Assembly: GCA_016933575.1 (NCBI GenBank)
Contig: JAFGAR010000203.1
Span: forward strand, 1 to 45,701
Direction of reading: 5' to 3'
Origin: Candidatus Thorarchaeota archaeon
Lineage (GTDB): Archaea > Asgardarchaeota > Thorarchaeia > Thorarchaeales > Thorarchaeaceae
DNA length: 45,701 nt
Below the pieces are notes generated by a model. It searched no databases. It saw only the letters and a program-made list of their open reading frames with translations, and was not told the origin of the DNA. The position numbers and the translations under genes were made by a program. This document shows positions 8,672 through 18,800 of the stretch, piece after piece. Every line of letters starts with the position of its first letter. The stretch's first letter is position 1.

Positions 8672-10525
8672 ATGGACTACAGGTTTACAATGAATGAAAA
8701 CACGATTCTAAGAGATATCAGTAACACAGGTACCTACTCAAGAGCTATGAAGAAGAAGATAGGTTCATTTTACACACCAAAGGGACTAGCTGATGCAATT
8801 GCACTGGAAACACTCGATGCCTGGATGGTAGATAATCTTAGAGAGAAAGGAGTGAACGCAGGCAGTATTGATGCATTGAAACCATCTTCTAGAAAAAGGG
8901 TACTGGATGATATCAAAAGGGTTCGAATTCTTGATCCTGCAGTTGGTGCAGGCGCATTTCTGCTTGCAGCTGCTGAATGGTTGGAGAAAACAAGGATATC
9001 TCTCAATGATCAACATGATCAGAGAATAATTCGTAGGGAGATAGTAGAGAATAATCTCTATGGAGTTGACTTGGATGCAGATGCTGTGGAATCCTGTATT
9101 TATCATTTGAAAAATTGGAGCGTAAACAAAGTATCGGGATTCGTCGAGAAAACTGAAAATCAGATTAGTAGGATAAAACAAGGCAATAGTCTTCTTGGGT
9201 ATATCAACAGAAATACTGAACGTGAAGTATTTGGAATAGAAACCACCAGTATGTTTCATTGGTATCAAGGGATTGACGATCTTGATGTAGGATTTGATAT
9301 CATACTTGGTAATCCACCTTATGGCAATATTCTTGATAGTAATGAGAGAAGGTTCATTGCGTCTACATATGGTTACAATGTAGGAGGAGGAAAACAAGGA
9401 ACTTGGAATAGCGCTGCTCATTTTATCGTGCGCTCAAGAGAACTTCTAAGACCAGGAGGCTATCTTGGACTCTTAGTCCCTAATAGTATTCTCCGAGTAG
9501 GTCAATTCACAAAGACGAGAAAGTACTTGTTGGAAGATCTAAGACTCTGGAAAATAATTGATGAGGGAAGTCCATTTGATGATGTTACTTTAGAAATGGT
9601 TACAATATTCTGCCAAGCAAACAACTATCATAAGAACGACCAAGTAAAAATTGAATCAAGAAGACCGGGTCATGAGCATAATAACTCAATCGATTGGAAT
9701 CTACTAAAACAGGGGAGGATTTTCTCAATATACTACGATACCATATTCGCTAGAATATCTCAGAGAGGAAAAAAAAATATGCTTTCAGCATCAAGAGGGA
9801 GAGATATACCTAAAGAATATGTGAGTAGTTCAAGAAACGAGAGATTTCACATTCCATACATTACCAGCGGCAGAAGTGTTCAGAGATATCGCATTATCGA
9901 GAAGCACCAGATCTATGCAGATGAATGGTGTTTGAAAGATTGTGGTATGAAAGATTCCTTTGATAACGAGCTGTTGGTATCAACAAAAAACTTCAGACAT
10001 CCTCGTTGTGTGTTAAAACCGAAAGGAATAATCCATGGAGGAGGAATTGTTAGAATCATTCCACTCTTTCAAGGTTCAGATATTCGAGTTCTTGGGTTGA
10101 TTCTAAACTCACGCTTGATTCAATATATTTGCACAAGATACCTTACGAACTATTCCCAGTTGACTACATGCCTTAATACCGGAATTATGGAAGATATACC
10201 ATTGATTGTGCCAAAATATGCTCAGCCATACAAGGTACTGTTCGATTCAATTTATTCTCTTTATAATTCAGAATATGAAGAAACAAATCAAATTGCACGA
10301 TTCATAGAAACTGTCAGCGATGCGCTTGTCTATGACTTATATTTCAGCAATGATGAAGCATTCCAAGAAATGATTGCATCGGTTATGAATGATAGAGCAG
10401 GGAGAATCAAAGACCCATATCATCTCTACAAGATTCTATACAGAGAGGATGTCCTTCAAGCTATCAATACTATCATGAAGAACGTTTACGTGAGGAAAAT
10501 TGAGAAACAAATAGGGCAACACTAA
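8672..10525 (+). CDS. N6-adenine DNA methyltransferase, gamma-type (TaqI/Eco57I-like) with C-terminal target recognition domain
   Basis: GSFYTP (motif X), ILDPAVGAGAF (motif I), LYGVDLD and FDIILGNPPY (motif IV) in gamma order; C-terminal 'LGLILNS' TaqI_C-like region. Confidence 0.9.
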   Translation: MDYRFTMNENTILRDISNTGTYSRAMKKKIGSFYTPKGLADAIALETLDAWMVDNLREKGVNAGSIDALKPSSRKRVLDDIKRVRILDPAVGAGAFLLAAAEWLEKTRISLNDQHDQRIIRREIVENNLYGVDLDADAVESCIYHLKNWSVNKVSGFVEKTENQISRIKQGNSLLGYINRNTEREVFGIETTSMFHWYQGIDDLDVGFDIILGNPPYGNILDSNERRFIASTYGYNVGGGKQGTWNSAAHFIVRSRELLRPGGYLGLLVPNSILRVGQFTKTRKYLLEDLRLWKIIDEGSPFDDVTLEMVTIFCQANNYHKNDQVKIESRRPGHEHNNSIDWNLLKQGRIFSIYYDTIFARISQRGKKNMLSASRGRDIPKEYVSSSRNERFHIPYITSGRSVQRYRIIEKHQIYADEWCLKDCGMKDSFDNELLVSTKNFRHPRCVLKPKGIIHGGGIVRIIPLFQGSDIRVLGLILNSRLIQYICTRYLTNYSQLTTCLNTGIMEDIPLIVPKYAQPYKVLFDSIYSLYNSEYEETNQIARFIETVSDALVYDLYFSNDEAFQEMIASVMNDRAGRIKDPYHLYKILYREDVLQAINTIMKNVYVRKIEKQIGQH

Positions 10526-10586
10526 GAAAGATGTCGTAGATACTGATGCTTAAATATAGAAACGAAGGCTAACAAAACGAATTAGA

Positions 10587-11195
10587 ATGCACGAAGATAA
10601 TGATTCCACTAAGATGGCTGAAGACCTCATTGATGCAGTTGATGATGAAATAGAAACTGAAGAAGTAAGCGATGGACTTACTCCAGGTGAACGAAAAATC
10701 GAGAAGAAAAAAGTATCTGAACGAGAGAAAAGGGCTGAGGAACTTAGGAAACAGCTTAGAAAGCGGAATCTAGGAATGCTGAATTATCGATGGCCAGCAA
10801 TGCTCCTATTCTTTGGAGGAATCATGTCAATAATGACGAACTTCCTTCAAGTCATGACAAGACTGACAGGACTACCTCCAGAGGTCGGATTTGATACATT
10901 CATTGATGCACTCTATAGAACAGGAGGGGTAATCTACGTCTTCCCCATCATTGGTGGAGCTTTTATGATCGTCTTGAGCTATTTCGCATACACAACTCCC
11001 AAACTAACATGGCTAGCCATCATACCATCACTGATGATGTTTATGGCCGGAGGAACGGTCTATTTCTTGATCACATTTGCTGTAAGTGCTCAACCAGAAT
11101 ACACTGGTCTGATCTATGCAACAGGTGTACCTCTTGTTATGTTCATTGCAGGAGCGATTGCTCTAATTGCTATCTACATGAGAGAGAAAGAATGA
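10587..11195 (+). CDS. Hypothetical 4-TM membrane protein with acidic/charged N-terminal tail
   Basis: About 65 charged residues (acidic, then basic helical) followed by four hydrophobic segments. Confidence 0.75.
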   Translation: MHEDNDSTKMAEDLIDAVDDEIETEEVSDGLTPGERKIEKKKVSEREKRAEELRKQLRKRNLGMLNYRWPAMLLFFGGIMSIMTNFLQVMTRLTGLPPEVGFDTFIDALYRTGGVIYVFPIIGGAFMIVLSYFAYTTPKLTWLAIIPSLMMFMAGGTVYFLITFAVSAQPEYTGLIYATGVPLVMFIAGAIALIAIYMREKE

Positions 11196-11196
11196 A

Positions 11197-11766
11197 TTAG
11201 TCTTGGAGAAACTCATCAAGACGACCTTCTTCCTCAAGTTCACTCATCCAGTCTATACGCGCTGGTTCAGGTTCAGTTTCCAATAGTTCCTCAATCGTGG
11301 TAACAACTTCAGTCGAGCTCATTCCAGTTGTATCAATCTCATAGACGATCTCTTCACCAAAAGCGTCAAGAGCGTCGAGTTGACAGACTCCAAGTACTTC
11401 AGCCTCAACATTTTCTCGGATTTTGGCTTCAGAGTAACCTCGTTCCTTCAATCGCTCACGAAGTGTTTCAGGGTGTGTTCGTAGTACAATAACAATTTCG
11501 ACCGAATCACTAGGAACTAGATCGATGTAGTGACCCTCGATAATTATCTTCCTTGATTTATCATCGACGAGTTCCAACAGCGCTTCAACTAGACAATCTT
11601 CATCAACAATACCTGTATCCCTTGCCTTGTCTTGAGCTGATATGCATCCATTCCTATCAGCAAGATCACCTAGATTGACTATCTCTACAGCCATTTTGCT
11701 TCCTAGAATCTTGGCGACTTTCGATTTCCCAGTTCCAGGAGTTCCACCAATCACGAGAACGGGCAT
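11197..11766 (-). CDS. fap7: Atypical adenylate kinase / ribosome biogenesis ATPase (Fap7/AK6/hCINAP family)
   Basis: GGTPGTGKS P-loop, hhhEGH Walker-B variant, and 'L..RGYSEAKIRENVEAE'. Confidence 0.9.
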   Translation of the reverse strand: MPVLVIGGTPGTGKSKVAKILGSKMAVEIVNLGDLADRNGCISAQDKARDTGIVDEDCLVEALLELVDDKSRKIIIEGHYIDLVPSDSVEIVIVLRTHPETLRERLKERGYSEAKIRENVEAEVLGVCQLDALDAFGEEIVYEIDTTGMSSTEVVTTIEELLETEPEPARIDWMSELEEEGRLDEFLQD

Positions 11767-11893
11767 AGATAGGAGTCAATTAGAGATGAAGATAAGCTTT
11801 GAGCTGATGACTTGATACGAAAGAGAAGACACAAACTCCATTACATAACGGATAAAAGAAGCATGAATTGTCGATTTCATCGAAAAGCTCGAA

Positions 11894-12412
11894 GTGAGTA
11901 ACAACATGACAGAGGCCTACAGCATCCGGCAGTTTAACACTGATGACATCAAGCATGTAGTCCAGATTAACAAAGAATGTCTACCAGAAAATTATCCAGA
12001 CCAATTCTTCCTCGGTCTGTATTACCATGCTCCAAAAGCATTCTTAGTAGCTGAAGTGGACTCTAAACTTGTAGGCTATATCATGTGTAGAATTGAGAGG
12101 GGAATCTCATCATTTGGGCGCCTTCCTGTGAAGAAGGGGCATATAGTATCTGTTGCTGTTCTACATTCACAAAGGCATAAGGGAATAGGCACTGCGATAA
12201 TTAAGGCAGGTCTACGAGCCATGGAAGAATATGGTGCATCGGAATTCTTTCTAGAAGTGCGTAAGGGTAATGAAGATGCAGTTTCGGTCTATGAGAATCT
12301 GGGATTCTCCGTGCGCCGAGTTCTTCGAGGATATTATCGGGATGGCGAAGATGCGTATCTCATGGTAGCAAAGGCAGAGAATCCCGTAGAGGCTGATATA
12401 ATCGATGAGTGA
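11894..12412 (+). CDS. ard1: N-terminal protein acetyltransferase (Ard1/Naa10, RimI-like)
   Basis: LPENY substrate motif, GHIVSVAV, RHKGIG acetyl-CoA loop, LEVR and YYRDGEDAY. Confidence 0.92.
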   Translation: MSNNMTEAYSIRQFNTDDIKHVVQINKECLPENYPDQFFLGLYYHAPKAFLVAEVDSKLVGYIMCRIERGISSFGRLPVKKGHIVSVAVLHSQRHKGIGTAIIKAGLRAMEEYGASEFFLEVRKGNEDAVSVYENLGFSVRRVLRGYYRDGEDAYLMVAKAENPVEADIIDE

Positions 12413-13325
12413 GAGAATTCAAGTACCACTCATTCCGGATTGTGCGCCTTGTATAATGAGTAGTCTGAAAACACTTGTCCCACTACTCACTTCAGATTTC
12501 GAAGAACAGGCTGAATATTTCGCTGTTGCATTCAGTCTTTTATCTGAGGGATATGAAAAAAGGATTGATCCAGCTCCACTATCAATAAAGATCTACCAGG
12601 AACTATATCGCAAAGCTGGAGCCAACGACCCCTATGTCCAAATAAAGCGGGAAAGTACTGAAGCTGCTCTGAAGGCATTGCCAACAATTGAGAAGAAGAT
12701 TGAACCATTAGAAGGATATAATCTCTTCAGAGCCTGTTTGGCTACAGCAATTACTGGAAATGTGATTGACTTTAGTACAGCGGGACATGATCCGGATTTG
12801 GAGAGGCTCGTTGAGACCTTCGATGACATCCTGAAGGTCGGATTCGCGATAGACGATTCGATGGAACTCTGGCAGAAACTTACCACTAGTAAAGGCAATC
12901 TTCTCTTTCTGGCAGATAATGCAGGCGAGGTCATTCTTGACATTCCCCTTCTCAGATTTATCAAAGACTTGGTTTGGACCATTACATTCATCGTAAAAGG
13001 AAGACCAATGGTCAATGATGTGACAAGAGAAGACATTCATGGAACAGAGATTGAGCAATTAGTCAATATTGCAGATAGTGGTGCATGGGCTCATGGAGTA
13101 CCTCTTCGGTTTGTGAGTGAGGAGTTTCTAGACCTTGTTTCTAAGAGCGATCTCGTCATCTCAAAGGGACAGGCCAATATTGAGACCTTCCCTGAGATTC
13201 AACAACGGACAATGGTCGAAACCTATTATATCACCAGAGCAAAATGTCCTCATATCTCACAGGCAATCGGAGCGAAGAAAGGCGACAATGTGGTCCTAAA
13301 ACAGCCAAAGCAAAGAAATCGATGA
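12405..13325 (+). CDS. ARMT1-like / DUF89 damage-control phosphatase
   Basis: N-terminal CAPC, DPY..K, GNVIDF, DNAGE, NDVT, KGQAN and KC motifs; 8-bp overlap with ard1. Confidence 0.9.
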   Translation: MSERIQVPLIPDCAPCIMSSLKTLVPLLTSDFEEQAEYFAVAFSLLSEGYEKRIDPAPLSIKIYQELYRKAGANDPYVQIKRESTEAALKALPTIEKKIEPLEGYNLFRACLATAITGNVIDFSTAGHDPDLERLVETFDDILKVGFAIDDSMELWQKLTTSKGNLLFLADNAGEVILDIPLLRFIKDLVWTITFIVKGRPMVNDVTREDIHGTEIEQLVNIADSGAWAHGVPLRFVSEEFLDLVSKSDLVISKGQANIETFPEIQQRTMVETYYITRAKCPHISQAIGAKKGDNVVLKQPKQRNR

Positions 13326-13465
13326 TTTCATACCCACTCATAACAGCTTCAAGGTAATGTTTATATTTGCATATCTACGCGAAGCGCTTGTACAGTTTTA
13401 TTTGAACTGGCCAGAGTAGTGCGATTACTTTGTGCTACACGACCAGTAAAAGGAGGAACTAATTG

Positions 13466-15106
13466 ATGAGTCAACAGGTACCGGTGCTAGTACTAAGAGA
13501 AGACACCGAGCGAACACGCGGTCGTGATGCTCAGAGAAATAATATCATGGCTGCAGTTGTTATCGCAGAAGCTGTCAAATCAGCCCTTGGCCCTCGTGGA
13601 ATGGACAAGATGCTCGTGGACAGTTTTGGTGACATTACAGTTACAAATGATGGAGCTACCATCCTGAAAGAGATGGATGTTGCCCATCCAGCTGCTAAGA
13701 TGGTCATTGAGGTCGCAAAGACTGTAGACGACGAAGTAGGAGATGGAACGACAACAGCCGCGATTCTGACTGGAGATCTGCTAAAGCAAGCTGAAACATT
13801 ATTGGATCAGAAGATACATCCGACAATCATTATCAATGGCTATAGAAAGGCTGCACAGAAAGCCCTTGAGGTCATTGATTCAGTTGCTGAAAAGATTGAT
13901 CCGGCAGATGCAGACTACAAGAAAATTTTGATTGATGTTGCTAAGACCTCTATGTCTAGCAAGTTTGTATCAAACACCAGAGACCCCCTTGCAAAGATTG
14001 TTGTGGATGCAGTTCTCGCAATCGCTAAAGATCTTCCAGAAGGAGAGGTCTTGAACGTGGAGAACATCCCCCGTCAGAAGCAACATGGAATGTCAGTGGA
14101 CAAGACAGAGTTAGTAAAGGGTCTTGTACTCGATAAGGAAGTAGTTCACCCAGCCATGCCAAAGAGGGTGGAAGGTGCCAAGATTCTTCTACTGGAATCT
14201 GCCCTTGAAGTAACAAAGACAGAGTTTGATGCTAAGATCTCAATCACAGATCCCAGTGGAATGCAGAACTTCCTCCAAGAGGAAGAACGAATGCTCAAGA
14301 GAATGGTGGACAAGATTATCGAATCTGGTGCAAATGTCGTTATCGCTCAGAAGGGCGTGGACGATGTTGTACAGCATTTTCTGGCTAAAGCAGGTATTAT
14401 GGCAGTAAGACGCATCAAGAAATCTGATGTTGAAAAAGTCCATGAGACAACTGGTGCAACAATTGTATCAAAGATTCAATCACTCACAGCTGCAGATCTA
14501 GGAAAAGCCAAGCTCGTTGAGCAGAGAGATGTCGGCGATGATAAGATGTTATTCATTGAAGGAACACCAAAGTCAAGCGTAGTCACTCTCTTGGTCCGAG
14601 GAGGAACGGATCACATCGTTGATGAAGTAGACAGAGCCCTAAATGATGCCCTTCATGTTGTGGCGGATGTAGTGAAGCACCCATATATCACATATGGAGG
14701 CGGTTCTCTTGCTGCAGAGATTTCAAAGCAACTAAGAGAATTCTCATCAACACTCGATGGCCGTGAACAATACGCAGCAAATGCCTTTGCTGATGCTATT
14801 GAGTCATTACCAAACACTCTTGCTGAGAATGGTGGACTTGATCCCATTGACATAATTGTGCATCTCAGAAAGGCACACACCGATGGAAACGTTCATCACG
14901 GTATTAGTCTCGAAAAGGGAAAGGTTGATGACATGAAAAAGTCTCGAATAATCGAGGCTGCGATTGTCAATAGGCAGATTGTTATGTCAGCTGCGGAAGC
15001 GGCTCAAATGATTTTGAAGATTGACGATGTCATCAGCTCGAAGGGCGGCCCAGGTGGAATGGGTGGCGGTCCTGAAGGTGGAGACTTCGGCGGCGACGAC
15101 GAATAG
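13466..15106 (+). CDS. ths: Thermosome (group II chaperonin) subunit
   Basis: [31 protein letters not shown] and a GGM-type tail; SD AGGAGG at ~13450. Alpha/beta assignment is not resolvable by eye. Confidence 0.97.
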   Translation: MSQQVPVLVLREDTERTRGRDAQRNNIMAAVVIAEAVKSALGPRGMDKMLVDSFGDITVTNDGATILKEMDVAHPAAKMVIEVAKTVDDEVGDGTTTAAILTGDLLKQAETLLDQKIHPTIIINGYRKAAQKALEVIDSVAEKIDPADADYKKILIDVAKTSMSSKFVSNTRDPLAKIVVDAVLAIAKDLPEGEVLNVENIPRQKQHGMSVDKTELVKGLVLDKEVVHPAMPKRVEGAKILLLESALEVTKTEFDAKISITDPSGMQNFLQEEERMLKRMVDKIIESGANVVIAQKGVDDVVQHFLAKAGIMAVRRIKKSDVEKVHETTGATIVSKIQSLTAADLGKAKLVEQRDVGDDKMLFIEGTPKSSVVTLLVRGGTDHIVDEVDRALNDALHVVADVVKHPYITYGGGSLAAEISKQLREFSSTLDGREQYAANAFADAIESLPNTLAENGGLDPIDIIVHLRKAHTDGNVHHGISLEKGKVDDMKKSRIIEAAIVNRQIVMSAAEAAQMILKIDDVISSKGGPGGMGGGPEGGDFGGDDE

Positions 15107-15142
15107 AAAGAGTCAAACGTAGAACAAAATCAGGTGTAGCTC

Positions 15143-15841
15143 ATGTCAGACGGCTCTGAAAAGAACGAAAAGGATACAGAAGAGGCTGAAGAAGCCGTAG
15201 AAGGTGATGATGAAGCACTTACTACGGAAGAGATTGTAGCCCTTCTTAGCCATATAGGCGGGGTTGGCCCCAAAACAGCTGAGAAACTTGCAGAGGCAGG
15301 ATACGATAGTATCGAGAAAGTATCACAGGCTGAGAAAGAAAAGCTTGCAGAAGCTGTCACAGGACTTAGTGTAGCAAAAGCTGAAGCTGTCATTCTTGAG
15401 GCTCTGGATCTTCTTGAGAAAATCGAGTCTGGAGCAGTTGACCTCAGTGGCAAATCAAAATCCAAGCGAAAGAAAGCCCCGGAACCGGAACCAGAGAGGC
15501 ATGAGCTTACACCAATTGCAGAAATCGAACGTGCAGAGGAACGTAAGAATCTCGTTACTGGATATGACGAAGACAAGGCCAAAATTGGGATAACAATTGG
15601 TCCGAAATGGCTTACGAAATATGAAAAAGCACGAATCATTGGTGCTCGAGCACTTCAGATTTCTATGGGCGCACCAGTAATGATTGATGTTTCGAATATA
15701 CAGAATGTAGGACGATTTGGTTTTGCTGAAGAAGAACTACGTTCAGGAATTCTTCCCATGACAGTTCGTCGAACACTGCCCACTGGTGAGTACTCAGATA
15801 TTCCATTATCGGTTTTATTGAAGCATACGAGGTTGGATTAA
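15143..15841 (+). CDS. rpo6: RNA polymerase subunit Rpo6 (RpoK/RPB6/omega) with N-terminal acidic tail and helix-hairpin-helix domain
   Basis: C-terminal 'LTKYEKARIIGARALQISMGAP...EEL..GILPMTVRRTLP' is the Rpo6 signature. N-terminal 'HIGGVGPKTAEKLAEAGYDSIEKV...GLSVAKAEAVI' is an HhH pair. Confidence 0.93.
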   Translation: MSDGSEKNEKDTEEAEEAVEGDDEALTTEEIVALLSHIGGVGPKTAEKLAEAGYDSIEKVSQAEKEKLAEAVTGLSVAKAEAVILEALDLLEKIESGAVDLSGKSKSKRKKAPEPEPERHELTPIAEIERAEERKNLVTGYDEDKAKIGITIGPKWLTKYEKARIIGARALQISMGAPVMIDVSNIQNVGRFGFAEEELRSGILPMTVRRTLPTGEYSDIPLSVLLKHTRLD

Positions 15842-15946
15842 TTCCAGCCTCTTTCTACTTTCTTTTTTCCAAATGCATACAATTCATATGTCATCATGCC
15901 ACGCCTTAAAAGCGACGGGTCCTTTACACATTACCCTCAGTGGTGA

Positions 15947-17269
15947 ATGATAGTGCAGGAGTTATTACCAGACGCTGAATTGATTGTCAAAGCTCTCCTT
16001 GGATTTGTAGTAGGCGCATTAATTGGACTAGAACGTCAAAAAAAGATGGAAGGAGAGAGAACAGCTGGCGTCAGATCTTTCGGACTACACAGTCTTCTAG
16101 GAGCCATGGTGGCATATATTTCTCAACTCACATCAAATTGGATTATTCTCGTCTATGGTATCGCGATTTCCTTAATTCTCGTCACTGGCCAAGTATACTA
16201 CAAGCTATTCCGAACAATGGGAAAAGGACTAACAACTCCACTTGTGTTCTCACTTGCTTTTGTTCTTGGCACCCTTGTTGGTTTTGATACGCCAATTCCA
16301 GGGCAATTATTCGGAACACTGCAAATATTCTCAATGACCGTTGCATTCTTGGTTTTTCTTGTTCTTGGATTCAAGGAAGAACTGGCTCATGCTGTGGAGG
16401 TTATCACTCGCGAAGAGATGATAAGCGCTGTTGAGCTTGGTGTGATTATTCTTTTCATCTGGCCTTTGATTCCCGAAACTGTCACATTAGGTACGATTGA
16501 TTTTCCTGCATTTCAAACATATCTTCTTATTGTAATATTGCTTGCAGTAAGTTTTGGTAACTACTTGCTTGTCAAGAAGTACAAAGATCGAGGCATCTAT
16601 TTCTTCGGACTTTTTGGGGGTCTAGCGAACAGTGAGGCTGCTGTATCAAGTGTAACCGATTTCTATGTAAACGAAGGTAGACGTGGCGCTGGGAGAATCG
16701 CACTGTCTATCAATTTGGCGAATGTAGCAATGGTCCTGAGAAACGGTTTACTAATCTTATTAATAGACAGAACGTACTTGCTATTTAGACTATATGTGAT
16801 TCCAATTGCAATATTGATAGTTGCAAGTATGTTACGGCTATTTCAAGAGAGTAGCTTAGACCATAAACCAGAAGGTAAACTTTTCGATACAAAACTGGTT
16901 TCGCCGTTTGAGTTTGGACCAGCTATAAGATTTGGTGTCATCTTTGTAGGTGTATATCTTGTCCAACTAGCATTCACACAGACATTCAGTGGAACAGGAT
17001 TAATCATAGCAGCATTAATCGGTGGATTCGTATCAGCTGGAGCTGTAATTGCTAGTTCAGCCACAGTGTACATACTCAATCCTGCTCTATACCAAGAGGT
17101 GTCGATTGCTATTATCGTTGCAACAATCGTCTCAGTTCTGAACAAAATGATCTATGTCTATCTCGCAGACCGTGAGACATGTCTTCTGAGAATAGTCGCC
17201 AGAGATTCTCTGGTTATTGGTTCATTGATACTCCTCTATCTCGTGCTGTTCATACTGGGCTTTGTGTAA
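15947..17269 (+). CDS. MgtC/SapB-family membrane protein with DUF4010-type C-terminal domain
   Basis: 'GALIGLERQ...AGVRSF' MgtC motif, 'GGLANSEAA', and about 12 TM segments. Confidence 0.88.
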   Translation: MIVQELLPDAELIVKALLGFVVGALIGLERQKKMEGERTAGVRSFGLHSLLGAMVAYISQLTSNWIILVYGIAISLILVTGQVYYKLFRTMGKGLTTPLVFSLAFVLGTLVGFDTPIPGQLFGTLQIFSMTVAFLVFLVLGFKEELAHAVEVITREEMISAVELGVIILFIWPLIPETVTLGTIDFPAFQTYLLIVILLAVSFGNYLLVKKYKDRGIYFFGLFGGLANSEAAVSSVTDFYVNEGRRGAGRIALSINLANVAMVLRNGLLILLIDRTYLLFRLYVIPIAILIVASMLRLFQESSLDHKPEGKLFDTKLVSPFEFGPAIRFGVIFVGVYLVQLAFTQTFSGTGLIIAALIGGFVSAGAVIASSATVYILNPALYQEVSIAIIVATIVSVLNKMIYVYLADRETCLLRIVARDSLVIGSLILLYLVLFILGFV

Positions 17270-17331
17270 GTTAAAATAACTGAACGCAAGACTTAAAGTA
17301 GGAATGGCTGTTCTTGAATATGGTGACAAAT

Positions 17332-17404
17332 GTGACAGTTGGTGGCTTTGTTCATCGGAATGATAGATAGAATTAGTCAATACTCCGCCACCCGCAGCTG
17401 TTAC
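17332..17404 (+). promoter_or_regulatory. Candidate structured RNA in the hisS 5' leader
   Basis: GTGACAGTTG (17332-41) pairs with CAGCTGTTAC (17395-404) using 2 G-U pairs; GTGGC (17342-46) pairs with GCCAC (17387-91); inner TCAT-CGGA-ATGA hairpin. It lies between a TATA-like CTTAAAG (~17292) and SD GGAGG (17418-22). Confidence 0.5.
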
Positions 17405-17429
17405 CTGATTGAGTTTTGGAGGATTATCA

Positions 17430-18737
17430 ATGAGTGAAATGCGAACCGTGAGAGGTATGAGAGACCTCCTTGGACCTGAGATGAGAGTCAGAGATTACCT
17501 CATAGCAACGGCGATAGAAGTCTTCCAAAAATATGGCTATGAGCCATTGGACTCACCGGTAATGGAATTATGGGAAACACTCTCTGCGAAGGGTGGAGAA
17601 GAAGTAGAAGCTGAAACATTCAAGTTCACTGATAAAGGTGAACGAGAGGTAGGATTGAGGTTTGATCTTACTGTACCGCTTGCACGAATAGCAGCAACGA
17701 ATCCACATCTTCCTAAACCGTTCAAGAGGTATGCTGTTGGAAAAGCATGGCGATACGATAGACCTCAAGCTGGGAGATATCGTGAGTTTGAACAGGCTGA
17801 TGTGGATATTATCGGAGCTTCTAGTCCTGCCGCCGATGCAGAGGTTGTTCTAGTCGCACTAGAGTTCCTTCGGAGAATCTTTGGTAACAATTATGCAATC
17901 AAGATCAATAACCGCAAGGTACTCAGAGGGCTGATTGAGAAGGCAGGAGTTGCTGACAATCTTGCATTTGAATGCTTTAGAGCCATCGACAAATTGGATA
18001 AAATCGGTAGGGATGGAGTCATTGAAGAGCTTGATGCAAGGGGTATCAGTAAGAAAGCAAGTAATTTTCTGATTGATGCAATTGCAATAAGTGGCCCTGG
18101 TGTTGAGACACTTCAACGCTTTAGAGACCTATTGAAGGGTTCTGAAGTTGGCATCCAAGGAGTTGATGAACTTACACTAATGGCAGAAATCTTCGAGAAT
18201 GCAGGAGTAAAAGAAGTAACAATTTTCGATATGTCACTTGCACGAGGACTTGATTATTATACAGGTCCGGTCTTTGAGGGACGCTATTTTGGTAAGCCTG
18301 ATGTTGGTTCCATTCTTGGTGGTGGAAGGTATGACCATTTGATTGAAAAATTCGGAGGACTTCCTACTGAAGCAACAGGCATCTCATTGGGAATTGGTAG
18401 AATGATTGAGGTTGTTGTGGGTCAGGGTATAGATGAAAAACTCACACCTCAATTAGACGTCTATGTAGCACCTATCAAACAGGAAATGATTCGCCATGCA
18501 TACAAGATACAGTCAGACCTGATCAAAATGGGTCTCTCCTGTGAAGTTGACATTATGGATAGGTCTCTCAAGAAGTCGCTCGAACAGGCTGATTCGAAGA
18601 GGGCTAGATTGATCGTCATTGTTGGCAAACGAGATTTTGAGAATGGAGAGGTCAGTGTCAGGAATATGAGAGACAAATCTACTGAACAGGTGAAAGTCGA
18701 TGGTCTTTTGAACTTCATCAAGAAAGCATTGAGATAG
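17430..18737 (+). CDS. hisS: Histidine--tRNA ligase
   Basis: VRGMRD, LRFDLTVP, WRYDRPQAGRYREFEQADVD, LARGLDYYTG, GGGRYD and a C-terminal anticodon-binding domain. The ATG at 17430 follows GGAGG (track start 17409). Confidence 0.97.
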   Translation: MSEMRTVRGMRDLLGPEMRVRDYLIATAIEVFQKYGYEPLDSPVMELWETLSAKGGEEVEAETFKFTDKGEREVGLRFDLTVPLARIAATNPHLPKPFKRYAVGKAWRYDRPQAGRYREFEQADVDIIGASSPAADAEVVLVALEFLRRIFGNNYAIKINNRKVLRGLIEKAGVADNLAFECFRAIDKLDKIGRDGVIEELDARGISKKASNFLIDAIAISGPGVETLQRFRDLLKGSEVGIQGVDELTLMAEIFENAGVKEVTIFDMSLARGLDYYTGPVFEGRYFGKPDVGSILGGGRYDHLIEKFGGLPTEATGISLGIGRMIEVVVGQGIDEKLTPQLDVYVAPIKQEMIRHAYKIQSDLIKMGLSCEVDIMDRSLKKSLEQADSKRARLIVIVGKRDFENGEVSVRNMRDKSTEQVKVDGLLNFIKKALR

Positions 18738-18800
18738 AATACACTCACAAGACCAAAGGCTTTTCTCACGGTGTAACATACCATTGTCAAGGGAGAATCT

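Noticed and set aside
1-10525. Prophage or integrative element explaining the loosely packed left region
   Set aside because: No integrase, transposase, viral structural gene, tRNA target or terminal repeats were seen; only long spacers and a gene relic.
17320-17370. Short ORF MVTNVTVGGFVHRNDR as a His attenuator leader peptide
   Set aside because: It has only one His codon and no terminator/antiterminator with a U-tract.
17332-17404. Hairpin as a SECIS element
   Set aside because: Neither flanking gene has an in-frame TGA, and I saw no selenoprotein-like interrupted ORF in the window.
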